Positions 12,433-26,042 of a DNA stretch of 64,000 bases are shown here, in pieces; the first letter of the stretch is position 1, and each line of letters begins with the position of its first letter. Below the pieces are notes generated by a model, which saw only the letters and a list, made by a program, of their open reading frames with translations, did no database searches and was not told the origin of the DNA. Position numbers and translations under genes: made by a program. The DNA is taken from positions 5,146,001-5,210,000 of the forward strand of contig CM022672.1 in NCBI GenBank assembly GCA_012295275.1. The letters run 5' to 3'. Origin of the DNA: Chrysomallon squamiferum (lineage: Eukaryota; Animalia; Mollusca).

Positions 12433-14020
12433 TAATTTAAAATATAAAATAATTGAAACCACAAATATAAGTAATATTTTATCATTTGGAAATCCTCTCT
12501 CTCTCCCATTTTCTGGTTTTCATAAAAGTAGTAATTTAGACAGCATAATTATTTTACTTTCATGTAATTGCTAACGCAATAGGTTAACATTATTTTTTTA
12601 TTTATAAAAGCTGAAAATACGACAAAAGGGTCTTAAACGGTGGTGAATATGACATTGTTTGGGATTATAATTATGATGTCGGCGATAATATGCGTTGTTA
12701 GATGGCATATGAAAGAATAATGTAGCATTTTTTATTTTTTATTTTTTTATTTTGTTTTCATATTCTAAATACTATTTTGTTATATGGGCCAAAGGCTCAA
12801 GTAACCCTACGCAATAGAAAACGATATTATTTGTAACTTCATTTACTCTTTTGATCAGTTTGAATATACTCTTTCAAACATGAGAAATACAAGACATTAA
12901 TACTCTCTCCAGTGGAATATCTTATTCTTATTAAAGAAAATACAAAATCGGTGATGGATAAAATAAATTATAATGAGACTTGTATCTGTATATATGACTC
13001 CACATATCCAAAAGCATACAAAAGGATTTTTCTTACATATAAAATCGTAATCATTTGACTCATGAAATATATAACTAACATAAAATTATCTGTAACCTAA
13101 ATAAATCTGAGCAATAACAAAATATTTGATGTCTCAGAAAAATATATACTGGCAATTAATTCCACGGTGACGGACATTATATTCAGAGCGGTTGGACGTC
13201 ATTCCAACTGCACTGAATACCAGGAACGTGGTCCCGGATAACAGACTTAACTGTGTCCCCATCTATTTTGCGTCACAGAGAAAAGAGCCCAGGAATATCT
13301 ATCGTTTGACGGGTAATGAGAAATGTGCGCGCGTCGGATGTTACATGAAAAGGACAAGGGTGACAACCAACTATCTTCATTTCAAAATTGTCTGAAATCT
13401 ATAAATTGTACAAAATAAATGTTTGCCATTGAAGTGAAGGTGAAAGGCTATTGAAGACTGTCAGTTTTATTTCAGTTTGAAAACAATGTATAAGGAGAAT
13501 ATTATTACATAATTGTGCGTGACGGACGTTACCGTGACGACCATTAACATACAGTGAAGTCTGTCTCCATGTTAAGCAGAGCCTGTTTCACTACTGTAAT
13601 GATAAAATCATTTTAATAGATGGTTAAAAAGATGTCATGGTTTTATATCAAAAGCATGATTAATCACAATGGGAGAGGGGATCTTTTCATTATACTTTAT
13701 CACTCATAAAAATGAAGGGGACACAGAGATCATCCTCAGTGGTGAATTAGTGGACCCGAGCAGTTTATCTTTTTCTGTTTAAGTGCCTCATTTCGTTTAT
13801 CTATATTGGAGGTATTCATTTCAAGTACACTGACCTGTGGCCTGTCCCTATCCATCTCAACAAAGAACGATGCATACTTCACCATTTTTATCTCCTATGA
13901 AGCAATTGGTTGAATTATATACAAACACAATGATTACTTAAGCTATAATTTTTTTTTTTTTTTTTTTTTTTTTTTTGAGCATGTTTTTTGTTGTTGTTTT
14001 TTTAATTATTGTTATTATCA

Positions 14021-14051
<31 letters not shown>

Positions 14052-15286
14052 AATAAAATAAAAAAAAAAAAAACAACAAACAATATCAACAGTATTTTAA
14101 ATTATATTTGACTGTTTCATGGAAGGATGTCCACTTCTCACATTAAACCTTATGAAATCAACAAACACAAAAACAAATAAAGCTTTTTCAGATTCTTTAT
14201 TTAAGAGAGGTAAATAAGAAAAAATATATAACAATATTAGCAACACAGCACACGTAACAAATGAATAGAAAATGTAAAAAAAAAATGTATAAAGAAGTAA
14301 ATACATATGGATAAAGTAATAATAATTCTAGACGGAGCTAACGAAACGGTTGTAAAAATTTTCATTATTTATTTATAATGGTTTAACGACGGTATAGATG
14401 AACTCTTCTTCTTATTATTATTATCATTATATTGTGGGTTAGTTTTGTTTTGTTCGTTTGTTATTGTTGTTGTTGTTTTCGGGGCTTTTTGTCTGGTAAA
14501 ATATACTATAAATGTTTGTAATCGCCATACATTAAGAAAGTCGGTTTTTCACTTTTCAGGATACTGACGATCTCGCTGCTTTGAAAGAACTGAATCTGAA
14601 CGGAAGGAAATCTCTGTAGCATCAGGTCTAAAACCCACGAACGTGTTTCAGCTTAAAAATAAATTTCACAAAGCAGACAGCAAATTGGACAATTTCAACT
14701 TCATGGATACTGATAAAGCTCAATAACAATTCAAAATGCGTTTAGATTTTTCAATTTTACTTATTAAAAACAAATTTAAACTGATAAAGAAAACGATGAA
14801 GATAAATTTAAAAAACTGAAAAAAATAAACTTAATTTGTTTTTGAGATGAAAAAATTTTTGACATTATGGATGCAACATGAAGAGAAGAGTTGCAAAAAT
14901 TAAATTTTAAATCAATGGTAAATCATTTGCTAAATCAAATACACTTTATTTCTTTAAAATAAGGCATAAATATACACTTAAATATTATGGTTGTTTTCTT
15001 TAAGTTGCACAGTACAAATTAAAAATACATAATACAAAATATTTTCGAAAATAAGTAACTGTTATAAATACACACACACCCACACCAGATTAAAGAAGCT
15101 GAAGAAAGGTGGTGACAGTTTGTTCTGTCATACAGAGTTTGTTTATATATATATATACTCTAGATGCGTTTTCACAGAATAAATATTTATAGAAAAATAG
15201 AAAACTGAACAAATGTTTCTTACAATTTCCCAAAACAAAGACATTTCTTTTATTTTTAATTCATATATTATCTTGCAAAGACGAAA

Positions 15287-16035
15287 TTATTTCCCAGCCA
15301 AAATATCAGACACATATTTTCGGACTGTGTAATGAAGGGCGTCCTTGGTTTCCTGAAAAACCTTGGCAGCAAAATCTTTGTCTTCTTTTGTGCCTTTCAT
15401 AAGTGCTTTGTAGATGGGAAGAGTGTACTTTTGTTTGCCTGTAAAAATAGATATCAAATGAGAAGAACCTAGAGATCAGTGACCAATAATCTGCACTGGA
15501 ACCACTGGCAGACTGAGCATGTGGTCATTCAGGCAATACCTGATGGTCTATAAAAATTCTGTTAATGCGATTTCCTGGCTTTGGGTAGATTATGAGGTTC
15601 CTTACAGCTGACTGGTAGAGAAATGCATTTAAACTTAATTTTTTTCTTTAAACTTTTTTCAGTCATTATTTAACAAAATTAAATTAAATTAAAAATTACT
15701 TTGATACCAAATAACTTTAAAAGTAAAATACGGTTAAATATGATTTAAACAAACATAAATCTGACTGTAATTGTAAACATCTGTTTTAAAGTATTTTGAT
15801 TACAATCATGACTTTAACATTAAGCATTACCTTGGCTGTGTAAAAAGTCACGTATTTCAGGAAGGGAATCTTTGAAGTTGTTTTTAATGCTCACCAGAGC
15901 CCATCTCAATCTTATCTGGAAAGAAGAACACAAAGATTAAAAAAGAAAATAGAGGAAACCTTCATCATCTTTAATTACCAGTTCTAAAACCTCAAACATA
16001 TATATATCTAATACATTTATGATGTAAATGCAAAA

Positions 16036-16074
<39 letters not shown>

Positions 16075-18162
16075 TAATATCTTGAAGAATAAATGTTAAA
16101 AAAACAAAATGTTGATTATTATACTTATTTATTTTTAATTTTTAATGTTACCTCTGCATTATGAGACTTGGCTAATTGAGGATATTTTTTGGCCAGTTTG
16201 GCTAAACGATCACTGGACAGTTGTGGTCCATCCAAGAGTTTATCCAAGAAATGAAGAATCTGCAGACTCTTCCACTTTGAAATGTCAACATCTTCAGGCT
16301 GGATGTAGAAAAATAAAGTTATGACAAAATTCACTGTTAGGATTAGAATTACAAATTCACATATTATTTTCATTTTAAGAATGCTTTCTTTAAATTAATT
16401 GTTATTTTTCTAAATGATGAAGAAACAAATGAAAAGCTGTGTTAGAGAAGTTGCACCTCTTTGTCTCCAGCCCACTGATTGGCCAGATCCTCAGCAGGAT
16501 CAGTGAGATCTTTGCCAGCTGACAGATCAGGTATAAAGGGAGGCCACCCTGGTGTATTCAGCCATTTGTCAAATTCATATCCTTCTCTGTTCACAAAAAA
16601 AAAATACAAATTGAAAATATATGTAACATGACAGGAAGCTAATTATATATATATATATTTCATAAACTAGAGAGAAGATTTTCTGTATGTCTCAAGATCA
16701 ATCCTTAATTTGTTTAATAGATTAACATTATAACCAACGCTATGTGCTTTACTGTCTATAGGAAGGTGAATAAAAACTTTGTTTATTATTTATTATATTT
16801 GCCACCTGGTATCTGTCAGCAATAAAATATAATGATCTGAGATTAAAAAGATATTTATTACAAAAACTTGAAATAACTAAGTAAGTTCCAAATTATTAGT
16901 CAAATTTTATTGCACAAGATACTGGTAAAATATGTCTTATGATGCTACCAAAAATGAAACAAGGAAACACTCACTTTTTATCAACAGCCTGCTGCTTCAA
17001 GTGAGGAAAATACTCAAAGAAGAAATCAAACATGTCTTCTGCTACCACACTCTGAAGAAAAATAAAATGTATTCATATAAAGTAATAAACGGACATGTAA
17101 ATATTTTGACAAAGAAAATAAAAATAATTATTAATTATGATAATGTGTATATATGCTGACTGGCCCCTAGTTTCATACAAATTCTACTTCTTTATGATAA
17201 ATGTATATTTAAGTCACAATTTACATGGATAAATAATTATATGTACTAATATAAATGATCAGTTAAAAACACTTATCAATGCATCAAAATCATTGTGTAG
17301 GTAACTTTGAATTTTTAAAAGTTATTAAGCAGTTAGTTTTTATATTAAACATTAAATATTAGTTAAATGGGGAATTTACATCAGAAAAAAGGTTTATTTC
17401 ACTGTCTCAAATACATGTATTTCTAAAATGAATTATATAAGGAAAAGTACAGTCAAAATGGTTGCATCACACAATTTCTTGAGTCTTCTTTAACAAAGAT
17501 ATATCAAACCATTTAATATTAGAAACATAAATGAAATGGAAGCATACAAACAAAAATATGCTGGTATATTTAGCTACATATTTATGTGGACGTAAAAAGA
17601 ATTTATAATTAGATCCAACTAATATGCATGGAATCACAGTTTACATTTAAGGATCAGAGAAGTTCAGACATGCCATCTAAATTTATATCTCTAAAATAAT
17701 TGAAAAAGTTATTTATTTATTTTAATATATGCATTAATAAATAAGTGAAAATAAACAAATAATATCATAGGTTATTTTCACTTATTAATTAAGATACATA
17801 TATTTTCACAGACAGAAATTCACCTTAAATTTGTACTTGTCGACATAGGCTTTCAGAAACTCATCAAACTTCTTCACATCACCCACAAGATTTTGAAGGT
17901 AGGAAACAAAGCAGTAACCTTTCTCGTACGGAGTTTCATTGTAGGTATCATCAGGGTCAACTCCAGGTTCGATGATTACTCGAAGTCGATTCAGAGGATG
18001 ATCCTAATAATCGGTAATATTTATATATTACACTTGACAAAAACAACTCTACTTTCTAATTCATTTTTAGTGTAATATAATTTATTTGATAATGTCTGAT
18101 TTTCTGAATTTTTTTCTGGGATGCATTTGACCAAATATTTATTACCTACATGAAATAAATAA

Positions 18163-18223
<61 letters not shown>

Positions 18224-21200
18224 TTTATATGGTATAAAATAATTGTAAGTATTTTGTGACAGATTACTTCCTTTATTTTTGTATAATTCAGTGTAAACAT
18301 GCAAGTAAACAGAGTTTTTAAATACACGGAATACAAACATTTCTTCTTGTTTAATTAAAAGTACTGAGAATATAAAATTCCAACATACTAGTAAAACAAC
18401 AAATTAAAAATAGATCATAGACAATTAAAAACTTTATTGTCTTCTTGGTTTGTGCAGTAGAACTCTATTATTTTTATTTTATTATTATTATTTTTTTCAC
18501 ACTTATCCTCCACCTATCAAACAAACATTCAAAGAGGAACTTGGTAGTAAAAACAAAATTAATGTCCTTTTAATTGTAAGTGCTTCAAAAAACCCTACCA
18601 AAACACAAAAAACTATGAAGATATAAAGATGACTAACCTGGCCAGTGTGTTCCATGTGTTGTTTTAGCAAGGCAAGTCCTGTGCCTGCTTCCAGACAGGT
18701 GTAACTTTTACCCAGCAGTTCCTCCATGATTCGTCTCTGCGCAAACATTGTAAAACCCTGCAAATAAAAATTAAATTAAATCAAAAATGTTTAATACCTG
18801 TTGATCATCATTACAAGAAATAAGAAAATTAATAATAAAAGCATGTGATATTTGTATTTTTATTAATAAAGCTTTTGCTGTTAAATCCAGTTCTAACTCT
18901 TCTCAAGTGCATGACTATCCAATATCAAATTTAAACAAAGAGGAAATCAAATACTGAGATTACGTCTTATTTGTTCCCTTTGATGTTATTTTTTGATGTT
19001 ATTTCATTGAAACTTGAAACTTTCGCTCTCTCTCTGTCTCCAAATGAAGGATGGGTTATTTAACTTACAAGATGTTTTAGACAAATATTTCACATTTGTT
19101 TTTAAATGTAACATTCCACAAAGAACTAAAGTGTATACTCAATTCAGTGTCAGAGACTTAGTAACTTAGTTATGACAGTTTTAGTTAACACTTTTTTTTT
19201 TCAGTATTGATTCAGTTCAGGCTTACAGATACAGAAAAGTGATTCACTCTCTGCAACTTCAAATCAAAATAATTACAACTGTTTAAATGTCTTCAGTAAA
19301 CAGATACTGATCTGTTTTTATTCTTTTGTAAAATAATTGACATAATCAGATTAAAATGTTATGGATTCAAGAGGAAGTAACTCTACCTCATTCAGCCAGA
19401 ATTCACTCCAGTTTGCATTTGTAACAAGGTTTCCAAACCAACTGTGGGTCTAAGAAAATATATAGAAAAGAGATGAGTCACTGATTATAAATATCAAATT
19501 TATAGTTTGTTAAAACTGCTTTCAGAGAAAAAAAAGCAAATGTTTATTCATTATGTAGATGTATTTGTGTACATTTATATGTGCATTCTGGTGAAAATGA
19601 ATTTATGTAAATGTATATGTGTATTCTGCTGAAAATGTATTTGTGTATATTTATATGTTTATCCTGGTGAAAATGTATTTGTGTACATTTATAAGTGTAT
19701 TCTGGGGAAAAAGTATTTGTCTACACATTTACATGTTTGTTTAGGTGAAAGTGCATTTTTATGCATTTATACAGGCATAAAAAAACTTACAATTTCGTGG
19801 ATGACCACATCAGTGAGGGATTTGTCTCCCACCAGCAGACATGGGGTCACAAAGGTCAAACATGGGTTTTCCATTCCACCAAATGGGAAAGATGGAGGCA
19901 TTATGAGAATGTCATATCTACCCCACACGTATGGTCCAAATAACTTCTCCCCTGTTTTAATAAAGTCTTCAACAACTCCATCAAATTCAGCTTTAGCTTT
20001 TGGCTACAAAAATTAAAATCAATATTACTATTTTAAATTTCATGCACTGTTACAGAACAGTAAAAATATGTAATCTGAAATTAAGGAACATTTTAAAATT
20101 ATTTTTCATGTATTTATATTCAGTACTCTGAAGATTAAAACTTTAAAAATTTACTTTTTAATATTATGTTACTTTTATTTATCTAAAATTTATACATTTC
20201 CAAATAAAAATATATAAAATGTATGTGAAATTTAAAAGTTTGTTTTAAACATTGTTTTCTTTTAAATAAACTGTAATATTCTGTCATAAATAAATTTCAG
20301 TGTGATAATTGTGAAAATTATTACAAATACTTAACATAATTATATTTAAGCTCACCTTTAATATCAAAATAATAATAATAATAAAAAATTAAAAACACTA
20401 ATCAGAATCTCAATACAAATAAACAATGAAATCTGTGACCTGTTAATTCTTTACAGAATAAAGTTTAAATTTTTAATGTTAAATAAATGAATTACTAAAA
20501 GGCAGGGTTCAGCCCAAACACAGCTTCGTGGTCCAATGTCTGCTGACTGCAAGTCTCCCACTGCAAGCGCTATTAAGTACGACTGCACCGGGATAGACTG
20601 CTTGAAGTAGTACACATTCTTATCTCCCTTCGAGTTGGCCACCTGACCAAAACTGCTCTCATTGGCACTCATTATGGCCTTAAATCCTTCTGGAATCTTC
20701 AAAAAACAAATAAAAGTTGATAACTACATATAAAATTTGCATTCATTATGGCTTTAAATCCTTCTGGAATGTTCAAAAAATAAATAGAAGTTTTGATAAT
20801 ACATATAAAATTTGCATTCATTATGGGTTTAAATATTTCAAAAAACAAATACAAATTTTGTTAACTATATCTAATTTTTGCACAATTAGATTGTTAATAA
20901 TTAATTTTTGAATTTAAATTGTATTTGGTTGTACAGTTTAGTATAAATTGTGTTTAAACATAAAAAGATATATTTTGAAGAACAATGAAGAAAAGAGATA
21001 AAACAATATGTTTTTCTTAATTTGCCAACAAAATAGCTCAGTGGAGGCATAAGGCAGGGTTCTATGATGTATCAGACCTGAGACATGAACTGTAACATTG
21101 CCCTACAAGACAGCACGATTCAAAACATTATAAAAAGAAATGAAGGATTTAGAGATTTTTGTTTTCTTTTAACAATGATATGCTAAAAGGAGGTTGGAGT

Positions 21201-23484
21201 TTTCTGTGTCTTTTTTCTTCTTCTTTTTTAAAACATTTTGGGGTTATTTTTTAAATAATAATATACATCCTTTTACAAATCCAGGATGATTCTGAAAAAT
21301 CTTAAAAGAAATATGACAGGGTTTTTTTTCTCGGTATATTGTCATTGTTATTATTATTGTTTTTAACAGCAATAACTGTTCTTTTCTTATCTTTCTGTTT
21401 GTTAAGCATCATCAGTTTAAATGGAAATATTAATTCTACTTTATGTGACTATATCTAATAACACTGAATCCATGGAGAAATCATTAAAGGATTAAATTAA
21501 GAACATCTACCTTCACTACAGCTGAATATGTTGACTTCACTGCTGGTGTATCCTGACAAGGGAAGAAACTCCTGTTCATCACAGCCTGCCCCTGTGTGTA
21601 CAGAAATGGCAACTTCTTACCTGAAAATAAAACAATAAATAATTTTAAAAATAAACAAATGATAAGCTATTCAATAAACACAATATATTTCTACAAAATA
21701 AATTATATTATGAAAATTCAGAACAAAAAATCTAAACAGTTTTTATTTCTGGGAAGTTTATTTCATAAAATGGTTGACATATTTTGTAACAAAAATGATC
21801 TCAATGCTGAATATTTTAATTAAAATTTACATAACTGATCAAATTTGAATTATATTTTTGATGCTGATACTAACAAGAGGTTTACCTAATCCAATCCACT
21901 ACAGACATTCTGTGATCTCTCAGAACAGTTATTATTCTTAACCATGTTCAAGCAAACAAAATATCTGTGTGTAACCATGTTGACTATATTTTACCTGCAG
22001 TTTGTACGGGTTCAAGCCAGACCACACCTGGTCCACCTACAGCAGTGAATTTTATCTCTAACACAAACTCATCTCCTTTGTTTTTGGGCTCTGAAAGCTG
22101 TAAAACATAAAGGATTAATCACAATACTATAAATTTAATGTTAAAATCCTCTATTAGTTTCATGTTTTCTATTATTAATTTGTTTTCTTTCATTGATTTT
22201 ATTTATTTATTTATTTATTAATTTTTGTTGTATAGGTTGTGGCATGTTTTGCAGAAGGTGTATCAAATGTGATTACCTCAATATGCAAAGCTGATCCATA
22301 GCCTGTGAATGGTTTCACCTGAACTTTCAGAGATTTTCCAGTTTTTTGGTCAGTAACTTCATGTATTTTCAAAGTTTCATGGACATCTAGTTTAACTTTG
22401 AATAAACAAAATTAATATGTATTTATGTACAATGGTGTTATTTTATTTTAAATAAATTATACTTGTTTTCTTTTCCAATTTTCACTGTTTTTTACTTTCT
22501 AAAAGCTGGTGTCATTATATATATTTAATTCAAGCAACAAAGATTTTGTGTTTAAAAAATAAATAAATAAACATGAAGAAGTGAACATTTTCTTTTCTTA
22601 TTTATTTCTAAGCTATTTATCATAGTTTTTCCTTATTAATGAAGTTAATTTCATTTTAAAAGTTATACTGTTGTATATCAATGGTATTGTTTTTCTGAAA
22701 TCCATAACTGCCTGTATTTTCATTTCTGGGGAGGAGGGGAGCTGATTTTGCTTGTGTGTGTGTGATTTTCATAATGGAAAAATTACCACTGAAATAATTT
22801 TCAAAATGTTTTTGTTTTTAAAAGATTAAAACATAAATAATTATTAAAACTTAAATTTAAAAATTAAATAAATATTGATTTGTAAACATAACAGAAATAA
22901 TACTGTCATATTTTTTTAATTTTTAATTTTTTAATTTTTATTATTTTTTTTTTTATTTTTTTTTTTTTTGACATTAAAGGATAGCTTAAATATAATAATG
23001 TTAAGTATTTTTTCTTCTTTTTTTTAAAGAAAAAAGAATAGAAAATGCAACTGTTAAAATTAATAAATTTTATGTTCCATGGCTTTTATACAATATAAAA
23101 TAGACAATTACATGTATTCCCACCCATATTAGAAGGTATTTGTTTTACTTATTATTTTTACTCAATACAACTTTACATAATGAGCTATTCAGTATTTTAA
23201 AAAATTAAAAAATAATAATACACTTAATTGTCAGAATTAGCCGATAAAAACAATTTTACTTTGATTATGGTAATTAATTTTAATGAATAAAACACTACAA
23301 GGAAATATTTATATGCGTTACCTTCGGCAACGCCAGCTAAAACTTTGAACGGCAGCACGGCAACCCCTTCAATTGACTTCTTCTCGAAATTTATATCAAG
23401 ATCTAAATGATAATTTGTGACAACAATTTCTCTGAAATTTGAAACTGTGGCCACATCTTTCACATTATCTGAATGCAGAACCAT
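15287..23484 (-). CDS. RNPEP: Aminopeptidase B / arginyl aminopeptidase (M1 family, LTA4H-related), ~620 aa
   Basis: 14 exons: 23484-23322, 22395-22277, 22097-21995, 21620-21511, 20696-20496, 20003-19791, 19449-19387, 18757-18638, 18003-17824, 17051-16975, 16586-16457, 16298-16152, 15915-15831, 15438-15287 (1863 nt, all GT-AG, in phase). Catalytic motifs are GGMEN and HEITH..WLNEG. RNPEP-type motifs [28 protein letters not shown] and QGKQKYTLP (LTA4H has GRMKF) favour RNPEP. Confidence 0.93.
19555..19775. repeat. Degenerate ~38-bp tandem repeat in an RNPEP intron
   Basis: Recurrent ctggtgaaaatgtatttgtgtacatttatatgtg units. Confidence 0.7.
20668..20870 (-). repeat. ~75-bp tandem duplication spanning the RNPEP exon 5 acceptor and exon start (2.5-3 copies)
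   Basis: cattatggccttaaatccttctggaatcttcaaaaaacaaata recurs at ~20744 and, degenerate, at ~20819. Confidence 0.85.
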
Positions 23485-23529
23485 CTTCGTGCAGTGCCAC
23501 ACAGTGCTGACTACTAAACTGTAGAACCG

Positions 23530-23560
23530 AAAGTGGGCGGGAACTATGAATCACGTGGCT
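23530..23560. promoter_or_regulatory. RNPEP proximal promoter: GC-box/E2F-like GTGGGCGGGA and E-box TCACGTGG
   Basis: Both motifs lie 50-75 bp upstream of the ATG in an otherwise AT-rich context. Confidence 0.35.
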
Positions 23561-25450
23561 TACGATTTTATTCGAAGTTACTCGGAATATGTATTGCTCT
23601 TTCCGAAAAATGGTTATTTTTGTTATAATATATTTTTTAATTTTTATATTATTATTATTTACAAATTATTATTATTTTATATGTATTTTGAAATTGTATT
23701 ATTATTATTATTTAATATCTAAACTTTGTTTTGTAAATCACGTATGCTGTACCGTTATCTCCTCATGACTTTGTAAGAAATTCTAATATTTACGTGCTTT
23801 CTTTATAAAAACAATTTATTCAGTGATTTTTTTTTTTTAACAAATGATTAAATTTGTAATTATTATTTAATTATTAGTTTTGTTTTAAATCATTTTACGG
23901 AATTTCATTTCTGTTATATTTCTTGGTAAAGGTGAATGTGTTTTTTATGGGGACTCAATCACTGTAGATTTTTGCTTTGCCCATATAATCGCCGTTTTTA
24001 ATAATGAAGAAGTATTAAAATTTAAAATTTGCTATTTACTGCTGCAAGTACTACTAAATTTTATTTATTTATTTGATATCTATTTTTTTTGTCATACCTT
24101 AATAAAGATGGGATACTAATTTGTAAACAACAGCTTTCAAATACAAGAAAATTACTAGATTTATTTTTACTTTTTTATTTTCCACCAAAGTTATATTATT
24201 TTAACTAAAAGAAAATTCTGTGACATAAATCTTTAATGACAATCATGGCTGAAAAAAAATGGGTTTGATGAAAACAAAACAGAAACACATTAAACATAAT
24301 TGTTTATTTATGTGCCCTTATTAAATGTACATTAAGTAATTGTGAAACTCAGATATCAAGTAATAATAGTCAAGTTTCAATATACATATATTATCAAAGT
24401 TATAGAAATCACAGGACATTACTTTCAAACAAAATGTAAAGAAAACGTGTGTGTGTGTGTGTTTGGCAATATACTGTTTAACTTGACTGAAAGCCCTTCA
24501 GTTTAGGACCTGTTTTTTAGATTTTCTATTCATATTTCTGTATCTTCTTCTGCATTACAGCCCTCACACCCAACAACACTGTGTTAAGCAAAACTTCATT
24601 TAACCATTATAATCCCCTTGATGTCAATACAAACATTCCAGTCTTAAGCTGACCTTTTGTTTAGTAATTATTCTTTTGACTGTAAAAACACCCCTTGAAT
24701 ACAGGTCTATAATGGAGTCCCAGTAATTATCCTTTTGATTCTAAAAAAAAAAAAACCCACCCTGAATACCAGTCTATGATGCCAATTCTCTGTTTGGCAC
24801 CATCATTATTAACACTGATTAATTATTGGCAATGTAAATGTTTGGGTTCCAGCAAAATTCATGACAGAAAAAAAATAAAAATAAAAATACACTACCAAAT
24901 GTCATTAATTTGACATTCAAAAGTCATCTCATAAAATGTGTTTTGTTAAGAAGCTGAAAGAATCTTTGCTATAACACCAGCTCACCATGAAACCAAAATT
25001 ACTTTCCTACAGACACGGACATTAACATCTGGTTGTACTGTACTGTCAGTCACCATGTTTTTTCTTATTAATTAAAACCAGACGTCATTATTTTTACATT
25101 CACTATCCAAACACAAAACTGTTACCTGTTATAAATTAAAGCACATTCAGTGTAATACAAACTTCCAAATTATATACAAAAGTGGATGTTAAAACAAGGT
25201 TAGATTGTATTTTCAAGTTGACATTTCTATTTCATTGCTGACAAAATTTAATATTAACTCAAATTAATCAGCTTTATTACAAGCTCTATATATTTAAGAA
25301 ACAGAAAAATCATAAAGAACATATATATATATATATACATATATAATACATATAATATTTTATTAAAACACTAGTCTCTGACATAAATTTTGATTTTTTA
25401 AAAAACATATATTTCTTTAACATTAAATAATGGAATGTGTTGAAATTAGA

Positions 25451-25975
25451 TCACTTGGATGCACTGATCCACTTTTTGATGTAGAATTTCTCAATTTCCC
25501 GAGCTTGAATTACTCCTGGTGGATCTGCTGGATTGTGATGTCTGAAATGACAGAGTAAATAAATTAATGAATATTTATGAACCAACCTTCTTTCTTTATT
25601 TGTTATTTACTTATTTGTTGAATGTTGTGTCTTTCTTTATATATTTGTTTATTTATTTGTTAAAAACATTACTGATGTTTTCTTTATTTATTAGTTTTTT
25701 TTTTATTTCTTATTTATTTATTTAATTACAGACACAGTGGTGAATTTTACTGCTTTTCATTTGTGACATTATAAGAATATTCTCTAGAAAATGTGTTCTT
25801 TTCTCAGTCAGAAAAGTTTAGGTGTACAATAAAAACCATACATTAAAACCCAAAAGATTATTCATATTTAAAAAATATATATAACATCCAAAAACAAATA
25901 TATGTGAGAATAAGTTATATTATTAAATAAAAATAATTTCAGTTATTTAAATAATGATGATGGTGATGTCAATGA

Positions 25976-26042
<67 letters not shown>

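Noticed and set aside
15287-23484. Assignment as leukotriene A4 hydrolase
   Set aside because: The diagnostic segments ([31 protein letters not shown]) match aminopeptidase B rather than LTA4H.
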